Assembly: GCA_903813345.2 (NCBI GenBank)
Contig: CAIIXF020000001.1
Span: 46,996,001-47,060,000 of the forward strand
Length of the DNA: 64,000 nt
DNA from: Owenia fusiformis
Lineage: Eukaryota
Direction: 5' to 3'
Positions within the stretch are counted from its first letter, which is position 1, and each line of letters opens with the position of its first letter. The notes under the pieces are model-generated. The model saw nothing but the letters and a program-made list of their open reading frames with translations, did not search any database and was not told the origin of the DNA. Position numbers and translations under genes: made by a program. Below are positions 28,001-41,200 of the stretch, piece after piece.

Positions 28001-29704
28001 ACTGGTGAGTAGTGAGTGGTATCAAGACGCTTCACCCCTAGACTGTTCACCCTTCAGGCATTTCATCCCTTAGATATTTCACCCCTGGACTTTTCATCCC
28101 TTAGAATTTCATCCCATAGACGTTTCCCCTTAGACATTTCACTTTCGCTACCTAGACGTTTCGCTCCCTGGAGTTTAACAGCCTATGGTTGTCTATTGAA
28201 TTGTCTAGGGGTGAAATGTCTAATGAAATTGAAAACCAACACCAACATCTGCGCAATGCATTTTACCCACTTTTAAAGCGATCACTTATTTTGTGTATCG
28301 GTGAGTGTATTTTTTCAGATAAGTTGTCGTATGACACAATGTGGGGTTTTCAGCTGGGGATCTCAATCTTCCTGGTCATCTTCTTTGTCGTTGTTGTTGC
28401 TCTTTTCGTAATGCTATGGCGCCGCCTGAATAGGGAGGAAAAGGAACGGAATTCTCAGTATGTATATCAATCTCTTGACCAGTCTATATTATATTATCTT
28501 GAAAGGTCAACTTACCTATACCAGCAGGTCGTTCAATAAGTTCATGCAAAATCATTCTCATTTTTTTATTTCCTTGAAACGTTCACAAAACATAGAAAAA
28601 TATCTACTCATTAAAAAAACAAAAAATAAATTACTTTGTTCTGCTTGGTCAAAAGACTTTTTTATTCTAAATGAGTATACATTTTTTCTATGTTGTGTAA
28701 AAGTTTCAGGGAAAAACATTGAAAAATAAAAAAATGAGAATGTTTTTTCATGAACTTATTGAACGACCTGGTATATGCTAAATTCATAACGACTTGACAA
28801 GTTTAACTTCTTGTACTTGGCAACATAACACATGGGTCTTTCAAAAAATGCCTATATTTCAGATACCACTACAAACAATTTCAAAGTGAGAACACCTCTA
28901 CGGACACTTCTGGTCGGCCCAATAGTGCAACTGACAGGTAATTACTATCCAGCAATGTTTCGAAGCCGTGTACATAAGGATATTTTGTTTGCAAATATGG
29001 CGCTTGTTCTTTCATTCTGTATTGTAAATCAAATTCATTATCAAACCATTTGCAGCAGATACCTGCACTCTCAAGAAAGATGCAGACGATCGAAAAGAAC
29101 TTTCAAAATCTGTTAGAATGACATTATAAACAATAGATGATTGACATTTTTACAACTACTACTACAATGTTCAAGAGGTCACAAGAAATATTGATATTTT
29201 TCAAAACATAATAAGAATCTTTAATCATGATTGACCAGTTTGAGCAGTCATACAAACCCGAGATAACACCCTAAATATATAGCACAAAATAATTCATACC
29301 TCAGTTTTGCTATTCTGGCCAGATAATACTGCAAATGTAAGACCACCAAACTTTTTTAATTAGATTCAGGGCGCCCTGTGAATAGACCAATCAGATCGCG
29401 AGACTCATGCGAGACGCATGCGCAATAGCCTCGTGGAAGGGAAATTTCACTTTCATGATTAACATTGTGTATATAATCAGTTATCACTATCCATGTAGCT
29501 TCTCATTATCCGTATACTACTACTATTATTACTAATTCTTGTGTTGATCAATTTATCCACACTCTTCTTTTTGATAGTGGAACCTCGGCTGCCAAGAAAA
29601 ATCAACCAAACTACGAGGTGATAGGGGAGAATAAAGGAAAATACGGAGTATATGAGGTCGCTGCCGCACAGAAAAGCAGATATAGAGGTTCGGAATACCA
29701 TTAA
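22076..29704 (+). CDS. Single-pass membrane protein with signal peptide, six EGF-like domains and a Tyr-rich cytoplasmic tail
   Basis: Exons 22076-22082, 22301-22363, 22782-22895, 23553-23696, 24076-24195, 26642-26755, 27192-27332, 27885-28004, 28319-28457, 28863-28937, 29578-29704; phase-1 EGF exons; TM helix then RR; TATA-like box ~21968. Confidence 0.85.
24551..26576. mobile_element. Transib-like non-autonomous element in an intron of the EGF gene
   Basis: ~260-bp TIRs starting CACTGG; exact 5-bp TSD ACAAT; repeated GATGCAACAACACC subterminal motif. Confidence 0.8.
24865..25130. repeat. Purine-rich simple repeat (GGAT/GGAA/ATAG)
   Basis: Low-complexity tract seen directly. Confidence 0.9.
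27452..27842. mobile_element. MITE with AGG termini (Kolobok-like) and an internal tandem duplication
   Basis: TIR AGGACGATTCTCGGTTTGGAGAAC; degenerate TTAA-like flanks. Confidence 0.6.
28521..28771. mobile_element. Tc1/mariner-type MITE
   Basis: TIR CAGGTCGTTCAATAAGTTCATG; TA flanks. Confidence 0.75.
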
Positions 29705-29744
29705 ATCATACGTTTTATTGCAATTTATTCTGTCCATATAGCGC

Positions 29745-31790
29745 AACGTTACGATGGAGCACATCGAATACGCAGGTCCCACTATACTGAAAACCCTATT
29801 ATGTATTTTCCAGAACATTATATATAACGAGTACACTCCACAGATATTCAGAACTGGGACTCTAGTACCGATAATTAAAGGGGGTACGCGGGACACACTC
29901 AAAACTACTGATCACAGAGGAATAACCCTTATGTCTGTTATCCGAAAGCTCTTTGACAGTGTTCTTCTTTCGCGATACAAATCACGACTTTTGAACTGTA
30001 TACCCCAACTACAAGGAGCTTCAATTGATGGATGTTCCTCTCTTCATACGTCATTGACCCTACATGAGACCATTGATTATAATACGTCACACGGAAGCGC
30101 AGTACACGTCATATTATTAGACATCCAATCTGCATTTGACACCTGCTGGATTGAGGGACTCTTCTACAAGTTATACATTAATGCCAAAATTAAAGGGAAG
30201 CTATGGAGACTCTTGTACAACTCATATCAGAACTACTTCTGCACCGTTCAAGTCGCCGGAACAATGTCAGAGCCCTTTAAAATACGCCAGGGAGTATTTC
30301 AGGGGGCCGTTAACAGTATGATCCTGTATCAATTTTATATAAGTGACTTATTAACGGAACTCCAAAGGAGCAATTTAGGAGCCAAGGTCATGGGAATGAA
30401 TACCTGCTCCCCAGCGTACGCTGATGACATTGCATTAGTAGCTTTATTCCCAGGGGCAATGGACACGTTGCTGAATATCTCATTTAAACATAGTTCAAAA
30501 TGGAGATACACTCTTCACCCACAGAAATGTGTCGCGCTAACGTATGGTAGCAACGAAAAATACGTATTTAATTTAGGGACGGACACGATAAAAAACGTCA
30601 CGAAGGCCAAACATGTGGGCATACCTCTGAGTACAACCGGAGATTTTAGTGACCACACCAAGCACGCTATATCAAGTGGCAAAAGGAAACTGTTTTCGCT
30701 TTTTGGACTCGGTCATAAAACAAACGGCCTATCCCCCATTCTAGCCACTAAGTTGTATAATAGCTTTACTGTTCCTACGTTTCTCTACGGTGATCAAATC
30801 ATCAACTATAAACAACGTGATGTTGAAATGATGGAAGTGGCCCAACGCGAAATTGGACGAAGGATACAATTTCTTCCCAGTAATTGCAGCAATCCAATGT
30901 CGACGATGCCACTGGGAATGTGTTCAGTTAAACTAAAGATGGACTATGACAAACTCCTTATGTTTTTCAGTATTATTACGCTTCCCATGACAAATATTTA
31001 CAAACAACTACTGATGATGCGCTTTATGAGCATATTTATACAAGGAAAAAAATGGGATTCACCAATATACAGGATGTGGGATTGTATAAAACGTCACAAT
31101 CTATTAGACTATGTGATCAATATGATTACCAACGCGAATTTTCCATCTAAATATACATGGAAAAGGATAATTAGGAATATAATAGGCACCAAACAGAGAA
31201 ACGACTACAACACGATTTGCGCAATGTACAAGCGCCACGACATAGGTGTAAAGATTTCGGATGTCTCAACTAGTAGAAGTGGACTACTTAAACCATGTAT
31301 ATGGTGGTTACTCGCAAAAATGAAACCAGAAAATCTTCCAGTATGTAAAATTATGATGCGCCTCTCTACAGACTGCCATGAGCTGCGCGTAAAAAACTCT
31401 GGGCTAAATTGTATTTGCGTTTTGTGTAATACGTTTGAGGTAGAAACGATTGAACATTTCCTTAGCTCCTGTGAGGCTTACTTTGATGAACATGCCAGAC
31501 TGACTTCTATTATAAATAAATACGGTAACCCTTGTGATTTAAAGAGCGTTGTATTCGGCTATCACGAACATATAACTGAAAATGACATGATCCAAATAGG
31601 TGAAATTGTTCTCCAAATGAGTATAAAAAGAGCTCGTTTAATGCGAGCGTACACTGGTAACCAGATGTAAAAAGGTGACCAAAAAACACTTTCTGTAAAT
31701 AGTTTTGACTTTATTATGTACATGTATATGTGTTGTAAATTATAAAACTACTCTGTTTAACTACAGGTTAATAAATTAATAATAATAATA
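29745..31790 (+). mobile_element. 5'-truncated non-LTR retrotransposon (RT plus C-terminal Zn motif; ORF 29754-31670 open)
   Basis: RT motifs LDIQSAFD, GVFQG and YADD; C-terminal CVLC..E..EHFLSSC; (TAA)n tail; no endonuclease domain. Confidence 0.9.
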
Positions 31791-32985
31791 TGAAGAATAT
31801 AATGATTATATGTATTTTAATATGCAGTATTTTTTATATTGGACTTTAATTTATAAATAAATGCTATTGAGATATCATACATCTCAGTTTGTTTGTTTAT
31901 TTGTTTCAGATGGGTTCAGATAGAATGGTAAATTCAGCAAAACAATCGTATGTACTAAAATAGCTGATTTTTGATGTCGTATTTAATGCAGATTTGACGA
32001 CAATGGAAAGCTCGACAGTGATATTTTCTGAGTGCTCTGAGTGATTAAATGATTCTGGAAAAGCAAAATATATTGCACTGTAGAAAGAATGCAGTTCACG
32101 GTTAATATATAGTGAAAAGACCAGATTTAGTATGGCAGGTGATTTTTGACAGTCATATCTTTCACCATGAAAATATATGACTGCTATTTGAAATATACTA
32201 CACCTTCTGAAGTAGTTTTTGGCAAATAATGTATTAGCATATTAGCAATGTATCAGCTATGGAGCTTATTGTGTTTCAGAGGATACACACTTTGTTTTGT
32301 CTGAAATTCTATCTTTAAAGCTATGCTAATATGAACACAGACATCACATTTTTAATAGAACATCAGAAATGTGATGTATCAGTTATCGAAAAAGACCCAT
32401 ATATATGTATATAGGTCCATCTGGTATATAGGACATGAGTAACCAAATGCCAAAGGCAAACATGTCATTGCCATATAACAGTAATAGGTCATCGCAATTT
32501 TTACACATTTTTCGGTTATCAAAGGAAGGAATATACCCGTAATGGCTGAATAAACTTTTCTCAACACACTTAAAGGGTGGTGAGGTGGTGAAGTAATGTA
32601 TAGTATTAGCAGGATCGCGTTGCCTCCATATCGTGTCATTGTTTGCAAAACAAATTAATTCTATTGAACACTTCTCTATATCTTAAGAATAAAGAATGTG
32701 TATAGTATAGTCAATATTATTCCTTTTGTTAGAGTTTTTTAAGTGCCAGTAGTAAGTAAATAGACAAGGTACGAGAGATAAGTGTTTGCAAGGTATCTAT
32801 GGTATGACATGGCTTGAGTAGACCCAGGCTAAGGAGACAATAAAGAACAAATAGAAAGTAGTCGTCGAATTGATCGAGGTATCCACGAAGCAGACACATC
32901 AAGTAAGGAATTTGTAGGTTAGTTTTAGAAATCTAATTTAAGAGGCAATGTATATTATATTAACATCATCGTCCATTTGAAGCGC

Positions 32986-33138
32986 TTTTATGTCACCACC
33001 ACACGTGGTGACAAATTGTTTTAGTCTCCAACTTTTTGTGGAGTGTGTTTGGCGTCCGGCTGTTAGTGTTCGACATTCAGAGTTCTACGTCTGTACCAAA
33101 TGGCAGGTGGTGACATTTGGCATGTTGATGCCTTGTTA
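32986..33138. mobile_element. Short Helentron-associated (HINE-like) element; relatives start at ~34125, ~53168 and 59633
   Basis: 5' TGTCACCAC..GTGGTGACA hairpin; 3' GGTGGTGACA followed by a GGCAT..ATGCC hairpin; T-rich flanks. Confidence 0.55.
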
Positions 33139-35256
33139 TGACATGTTTATGATTTCAAAATAGCTAGCATCTTTAAACCTATGTGACATAAAACGAACAA
33201 TTGTGATTAAAGGTTCCGTAATGAAACCATCGAAAATTGTATCTTCATATTTTGTGGAGTAGACACACAACAACTTAGAATCGTTTAGCTAAAATGAGAT
33301 AAAAAATCTGTTACTGTTATTATACCAATGTCTGGTTAGATTTTTATCTTGGAGGACCAGAATAACGGAGATCAATAGATGCCTTTGATATTTTCTGGAT
33401 GCCTCCCTCTGTTGCACTACATAAATAAGTTAAAATAGAAAGAAATGTTTATATAACTATAAGGTCTACAATTGTCGGAAATTAAATGTTGATAAACGGA
33501 CTTTAGAATTTCCTAAATCGCAGAGCAATTCTATAGGAAACTCTTTATTAAAGCAACATCGATCATGATTTATTCAAAAGGGTTCAATTAGTGATTTCTT
33601 GTGCAATTGAAACTATATATTGAACTATCAGCTTATGCGTGGTTACGTTTCAGGTGCATTTGGGCATCTAAAGCTTACAGCATCAGACGACTCCTGGGAA
33701 GACATACTTGTAGTATCTGGTAAGTAAAAAGTAGTTTCGTTTAATATAAAAATTGTATGGATTCAAGACATGCATACACAAAGACTTAAACATTATACCT
33801 TGTTGTTGTTGTTTCCCAATAAGGAGTTTTATGTTTAAAGAATATTCGAGTTTTACTGTTTTGATTTAGTTCTCATATTTTGATTCACTCTCCTTGCGGC
33901 AGTAGCATGCCAAAGGTTAAAGGAACACTTATGTTCTAAATTGTTGGATAAAACATATTATCCTACGATTATTGTGTTATCTGTACAGTAGCAGCTAGTG
34001 TTTTTTTGTGTTTTTTAAATGTCGTTTTTTAAATCATGATTGCTTCGCTCACTCGTTTGCTATTGATATAACTTAAAATGAGCTGATAGTCTATGTATAT
34101 CGAAGATCATTTACTGGATTTTTTTTATGTCAGCACCACAAGTGTTGACATATTTGTTTTCTGTATGGCGTTCGGTGGCTGGCGTCTGTAATAAGTGGCA
34201 GGGGCCACACATTGCAATGTTTATTACAGTGATTCAGTGATTCGAGGCAGTGGATCGGAATCTATGGGCCATTTACGCATGCACTTTTATTTTCGCTTAA
34301 AACATTTGTCGATCAATTGTATGAAACCGTTCTTTATTTGCACAGAGATAGAAAATGTCGATCTTTTAGGAAACCAATTAAAATATCAGATCATATTCAC
34401 GGTGACTATGGGCCGTTAATCGATTGTAGCATTACCAACAAAAGTGAAAAAACGATAGTACATATATATGCTTCTTTTAATGTTATTCCCTCTGGTATGA
34501 AATGCTTTCCTGTAAACTTCGATTCTGTATACTAAGTACCCTGAATAGAAAAAATATATTGACCACAAAAGATTCAAGACAGGTCTATCGGAGACTTCAC
34601 ATAGATGCTAAAGTTGGATCATTTTCGATCGACGCTATTTGTGTAACCACATTAGAACCCTTGTTGAGACTCGAGGAGTAGATTACCGTGTCGAGTTTGG
34701 AAGCCAATTCCAAAACTAACAAAAATACCAATGGATATTGACTCAAATTTAAGCCTTTAAAGGAGTAGTGGTTACACTTCTTTAGAACAGTTATTCCACA
34801 GTGCAAACACTTCAAGAACCTTACATCAACTATTAGGTTAACAGTATCATTGTTGTTCGGTATGGTCCTAACAACGGACACATTTATACACTCTCATTTA
34901 AAGGAGTAGTCTACCCGTGAATGTGTTCGTATATAGTATCTGCGTGGGTATATAAATTGGCGGTGTACTACGTAAATGCAATTCTTTTATACAATATATT
35001 ATTTCAATCCTACCGCATGACGATCTTGTTGTTTGGCTCAAATATTACGCGTCAGGGCGTGAGTTAATTGTTCTTGTTTTACAGTATTAAGAAAGAACAT
35101 GTTGGGATGGAACATCTCTTTAAGAGAAGTATAATACACATTTGTTACTTTCAGCATCACTTGGACAACATTGTTGGCATTATAGTTCAAAACTATTAGC
35201 TCGAAGAAGATTACCAAAGATCGCTTATTATATTCAACTCACTACCAAAGCTGGAA

Positions 35257-38200
35257 ATGACAGACCAGGAAAAGAAATCCGTTAGACCTGTCTTTCAAAG
35301 GAAAGCTGGTAAGTGTCTTTATGGAATGCAAGCTACCCTCGTGGCTTGCACTACTATCATACTCGTTTATAAGGTATTGCGAGTTGACCTAATATAATTT
35401 TCATGTAAATGAAGATGCTGCTTTGTATCAGTTTTTACTTCAGTTGTTATGGTTTATGGTTCTTATGGTTAAGAGTTTGTGTCATGTTGTTACGTTAACA
35501 GTGCTGCAGTGCTAATTTCAATAAATGCATAATTTATATCGATTCTGAATACCCGATTTAAAAAATACATTCCAAGTGTATGATGTGTATAATATTGATA
35601 ATTTTCTATTTGTATGTTGTTTAGGTCAGCTGGGGGTGTACATTGACATATATGAGACGACAGCTCTGTCTAAAGATGCCGGGTCTGCCCACTTCTTCCT
35701 AATGACCATGCTGGAAAAACTATACGATGAAATCAAAGACACAGATCTCTCAATTATCAAAGGCGCTTTTGAACGACAGAACTTATTAGAGGGAATCATT
35801 TTTGAAAAGATGGAAAAGGGTAAATACTACAATGAAAAAGTTTTAAATATTTTTCAACTTTAACTTATTAAATTGATGTTGTAGCACTGTTTGTAAACCT
35901 TTTCGAACGTTTTTGTTATATTTTTATAGGAATTATTTTGATTGTCACATGTGAGAATATTGACGCGTTAACGAACATTTGGGCTTGTCACAAGAAGAAT
36001 GAAATCGCCCCTATTCTACAATCTACTTTTATTACTGAATCTCTGAAGAAGAAACTAGATGCCAAGACGCTTACAATAAGAGCAAAGGTATGTACCATCT
36101 GGTTGTACCATGTAACACATCCATATCAAATTCTTGCAAATGGAGCCGGTTGAACCATGTGTTAGTCTGCATAATGTTTGGCTACATTAACAAATTCAAT
36201 TTTGTCATACACTCCCGATCTAAATAGACTTCAACACACTCTCGGGGCTTCAATACGGACATCGACTTGCCAATCTCATAGGGCGGGGAGTGTACTATGT
36301 ACCTTTTGCTATCTAGTTTAACTTAATTTAGTAACTATGCTCATATTGTTTTTATTTACTATGAACATATGATGAGGTCATTAGTCATGGATGAATGCAT
36401 GCATGTTTCTACAGCGATATTGTTCACTTTCATTAGTGGTATCCAAAATACATACGATGTTCATTTTAATTAAGTCCAGCCTTACTTAGTAGTTTTAACA
36501 ATGTATTTATTATTCTAAACAGATTTATGATGACGAATACAAGTTCTGTTGTGATGAGTTGCTGGCGATGAAGACTTCGAACCTGACACTTGATCTCAAC
36601 AATCTTGGTAAGCATCCCTTAAACCTGGTGACAAGTACATGTACATCATTCTGATACTCATAGCATCTCTCTCTGTTGCATCTCCAGAAGGAAAGAGATG
36701 GAGAGGGTGTGGCTTACCACGATGCATGTACATATGTTCAAATCAGTTTACGACAATCTGAACTGAATGTTTTCACAGACCATCAATATTAGACGAGTAG
36801 GGATTTGCCAAAAAGTGCTTATTTAAAGAAATAAAAGGATCGACTGACCCTGTTGGGTTTCTTGGTATTTTTGGAAAGCTTAACATGTCTACTACATATT
36901 CCAAATAATGAGAAGTTCTGAAAATGGTCCCATTGCCATGGAAACGGACGCTGATTAAAATACCTACTATTAACAGTATTTAAATCTCCAAAAACATGTT
37001 TTATTTTATAACTTTTCCATTTCTTATCCGTTTTAAATAATGTTGGTACCAAATGAAAGCATGTTGAGTGCCCTTTCGGATAAAGTATAATTTATGTAAA
37101 TTAGCTCATTTGCATATCTTTTGTGACGTCATAATTGCAATTTTTCCTAATATTTTGAGCAAATTTTAAAATCAATGTTATATATACCCCCCTTGAATTA
37201 AATAAGCGCAGTAAAAGTGTAATATCTTCAGATAATATAAATGTAGGACAGACAGGCTTTATTTTGATATATAGAACATAGCTAAATCAGTCTAGATGAT
37301 ATAGCCTACATCCTTTTTAATTAGTACATAACTGGAAAATATACAGCTAAACGTAGACCTATTTTATGGTATTTTACAAAATATGAGCAGCCTTATTTAA
37401 ATTATCTGGCCTTGAGATGGAAAACACTGATATTAGAAGGTTACCCCCAGACCCTACTGGGTCTCTAGGTATCTTTAGAAAGCTAAGCATCTCTACTACA
37501 TATTCCACATAATGCTAAAATCTGAAAATGGTCCCGTTGCCATGGAAACGGACGCTGATTAAAATACCTGCTATTAACAGTATTTAAATCACCAATAATA
37601 TGTTTTATTTTATAACTTTTCCATTTTAAATAATCTTGGTACCAAATGAAAGCATGTTGAATGCCCTTTCAGATAAAGTATAATTTATGCAAATAAGCTC
37701 ATTTGCATATCTTTTGTGACGTCATAATTGCCATTTTTCCTAATATTTTGAGCAAGTTATTAAAATATAATATTATAAATATTGACTTGAAATAAATAAG
37801 CGCAGTAAACGTGTAATATTTTCATAGAAGATACATATGGGACAGACAGGCTTTATTTTGATATATAGAACATAGTTCAAATAGTCTAGATGATATGGCC
37901 TACATCTTTTTTAATTAGAACATAGCTGGAAAATAAACAGCAAAATGTAGACCTATTTTATGGTATTTTACCAAATATGAGCCAGCCTAAATAAAATATG
38001 TGGGCCTGATATGGAAAACACTGATATTAGCAGGTAGACCCCAGACCCTGATGGTATCTTTTGACAGCTAAGCATCTCGACTACATCTTCTACATAATGA
38101 GAAGTTCTGAGAATGGTCCCGTTGCCATGGAAACATACACTAATTAAAATACCTGCTAATAACACTACTGTATTTAAATCACAAATAACCCGCTTTGTAT

Positions 38201-41200
38201 AACTCTTTCATTTCTTATCCGTTTTAAATAATCTTGGTACCGAATGAAAGCATATTGTAGGCCCTATAAGGTAAATCACAATTTATGCAAATTAGCTCAT
38301 TTGCATATCCTTTGTGACGTCATATTTGATATTTTTATACCATTTTTATCAACTTATTATATATGTCATAAATCATCTTCTTTTAAACAAGTGTAGTAAA
38401 CCTGTCATATCTCCATATACCGATTTGATGAATGTAACACAACACATCATCATTTTGATAAATAGAGTAGATCTCCACCAGGATAGGAAATACAGAATGT
38501 ACCCTCTTTAAATAGTTCAATTATTCATTCCTGCGTGATATAGACCAAACTATACATATATTTTGTGGTATTTTAGGAAAAGTATTAGTTTGCCTCAATC
38601 GAAGGCATATCCAAACATCTTTTTCTGGTCTCATTTTTTCATCCCATTGACTTCCATGCTAAAAAAACTTGAAATCTGACCACCTCCAAATTCGAATAGT
38701 GAACACTCATGTTCGAAAAATTAACCTGTCTAATTTGAACACTTTTCACAAAATATCACATATTTTTTTTACACAATTGCTCAAATATTTCCAAATTTAC
38801 ACAAATTGGGCAACTCTCTACAGAGCATTTCTTATACCCCCCTGATAAAATATACAGGGGGTACTATAAGGCACCCTCATATCTCAGACACTAATAAATA
38901 TATTAACTTGAAATTTTCGGGAGTTAGTTTTAGTATGATACTTCGTGAAGGAAGCACTGAAACCAGCTCCAGTAAAGACCAAACGGAGATACTGAACAGA
39001 CAATATCAATCAGTGTTTACCAAAGAAGACCTGACGAAGATACCAACCATGAATGAGAGTCCCTATGCTAGCATGCCTGTCATAACATTCCAGACAGAGG
39101 GTATCCTGAAGCTCCTTTTGAATGTCAACCCAAAGAAAGCTTCAGGACCTGATGAAATACCAGCAAGGATACTCAAAGAAGCCGCTGTGGAAGTTGCTCC
39201 TCTTCTCCAGATGATTTTTACGTCATCCTGGTCAGATGGAGTAGTTCCCAAAGACTGGACTCTGGCCAACGTCACAGCCATCTTCAAGAAGGGTGATCCA
39301 ACTAGTGCTGCCAACTACAGACCGGTATCTCTAACATCTATACCCTGTAAGATAATGGAGCACATTATCTTCCACCAAATTATGAACCATCTTGACAAGA
39401 ACAGCATCCTGAAGCATTACCAACATGGCTTCAGAGGGAAGCACTCCTGTGAATCCCAGCTGGTCCTCACTGTAGAAGATCTTGTGAGATCACTGGATTT
39501 TGGTTGTCAATCTGATGTCCTTTAGCAAGGCTTTTGATACCGTAGCCCACCAACGGTTGCTTGTGAAATTAGAGTATTACGGCATCAGGGACAAGACCAA
39601 GACCTGGATCACAGAATGGCTAACTAGCAGAACACAGAAGGTAGTTGTAAATGGGGAAATATCTAAACCAGCCAAGGTAACATCTGGAGTCCCACAAGGC
39701 ACTGTGCTTGGTCCTTTGATGTTTCTCCTGTACATCAATGACATTGGCGATGGACTCACATCATCTGTGAGACTGTTTGCTGATGACTGTGTACTCTACC
39801 GAACCATCAAGTCAGCGGCAGATGAAGCTGAACTGCAGAATGACCTCACCAAACTACAACAGTGGGCTGAACGATGGCAGATGGACTTCAATGCCAAAAA
39901 ATGCTACACATTGAGAGTACACAGAAAACGCGAGCCAAGAACTGCCGCATACATCATGAAAGGCCAAGTACTACAGGATGTACCCCATAACCCCTACCTT
40001 GGTGTGGAACTAGAATCCAACATGAAGTGGACCACTCACATCAACAACATAGTGAACAAAGCCAACCGTTCCCTTGGCTTCCTGAGGCGAAACCTCCACA
40101 GCTGCCCACGCAACATCAAAGCCACGGCTTACAATTCTCTGGTCAGGCCCCACTTAGAATACTCTTCTTCAGTTTGGGACCCTTACCAGAAGAAGGACAA
40201 AGCACGAGTAGAGATGGTTCAGCGTCAGGCAGCAAGGTTTGTAACCAAACAGTACTCTAGGGAGCCAGGAACCATCACCAACATTTACAAAGATTTGGAA
40301 TGGAAACCGCTTGAAAACCGAAGACAAACCAAGAGACTCACCCTATTCCATAAAGCCCTTCATAATGAAATAGCAATACCCATTCCCCCCTACATCGAGA
40401 AATCTAACAGAACTGGCAGAAGAGCCCAACAATTCATCCCTCCCTTTGCCAGAACTGATACCTACAAGAATAGCTTCTTTCCCAGAACAATAACAGATTG
40501 GAACAACCTTCCTTCCACAACCAGGATGATAGAAGACAGTACTGCCTTCCGTGATGCCCTGGTATCTAGTATGCAGGGTTAGCTCATGACACGAGACCTG
40601 TTTTTAGACAGTATTTTAATTGTACATACTGCCATTTTAGATTTTTAGCTTGGATGACTTCCAAAACTAATTGTGTTGCTCTATAAAGAGCTTTAATTAG
40701 TATAATGATAGATGTAGATGTAGATATAGACATGTGTGACAAAAATCAAGAAAAAATCTTTATCCGTTGCTATAGCAACAGTAACAGAACACTATTTGTG
40801 ACCGTAGAAATGCATTATTTTGCTGATTTTCATAATTTTCTTCATATTCTTGATTCTTAAAGCATCTGAAGTATATACTTATCTATTATATACATGATTA
40901 GAAGTAAAGATGAAATAATTCATCATATGTTTTATGTAATATACATTTCAGTTGCTATGGTAACATCACTTGATAATCAGGTTTTTACATTTCACTTTCT
41001 TTAAAAAGGTGGTCCAAAATAACACTTCTTGAAAAGGTTATGATCCCAAGGTAAAAGAAAGTGCTGCTTAGAGATAAATAGTCACATGAATTTGTTCAAA
41101 AAATTATAACTTAATTTTACCCCATCTCGCCAACCACCAAATTTGATAATTTTGGTGAAACTGGCAAAATACATTAATTTACTAGGTCACCAGTGGCCCC

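Noticed and set aside
29056..29116. Alternative last exon of the EGF gene ([19 protein letters not shown])
   Set aside because: In phase, but the acceptor is weaker than at 29578; kept only as a possible minor isoform
38806..38943. N-terminal extension of the LINE ORF
   Set aside because: These codons are the TIR of the host DNA element, fortuitously in frame
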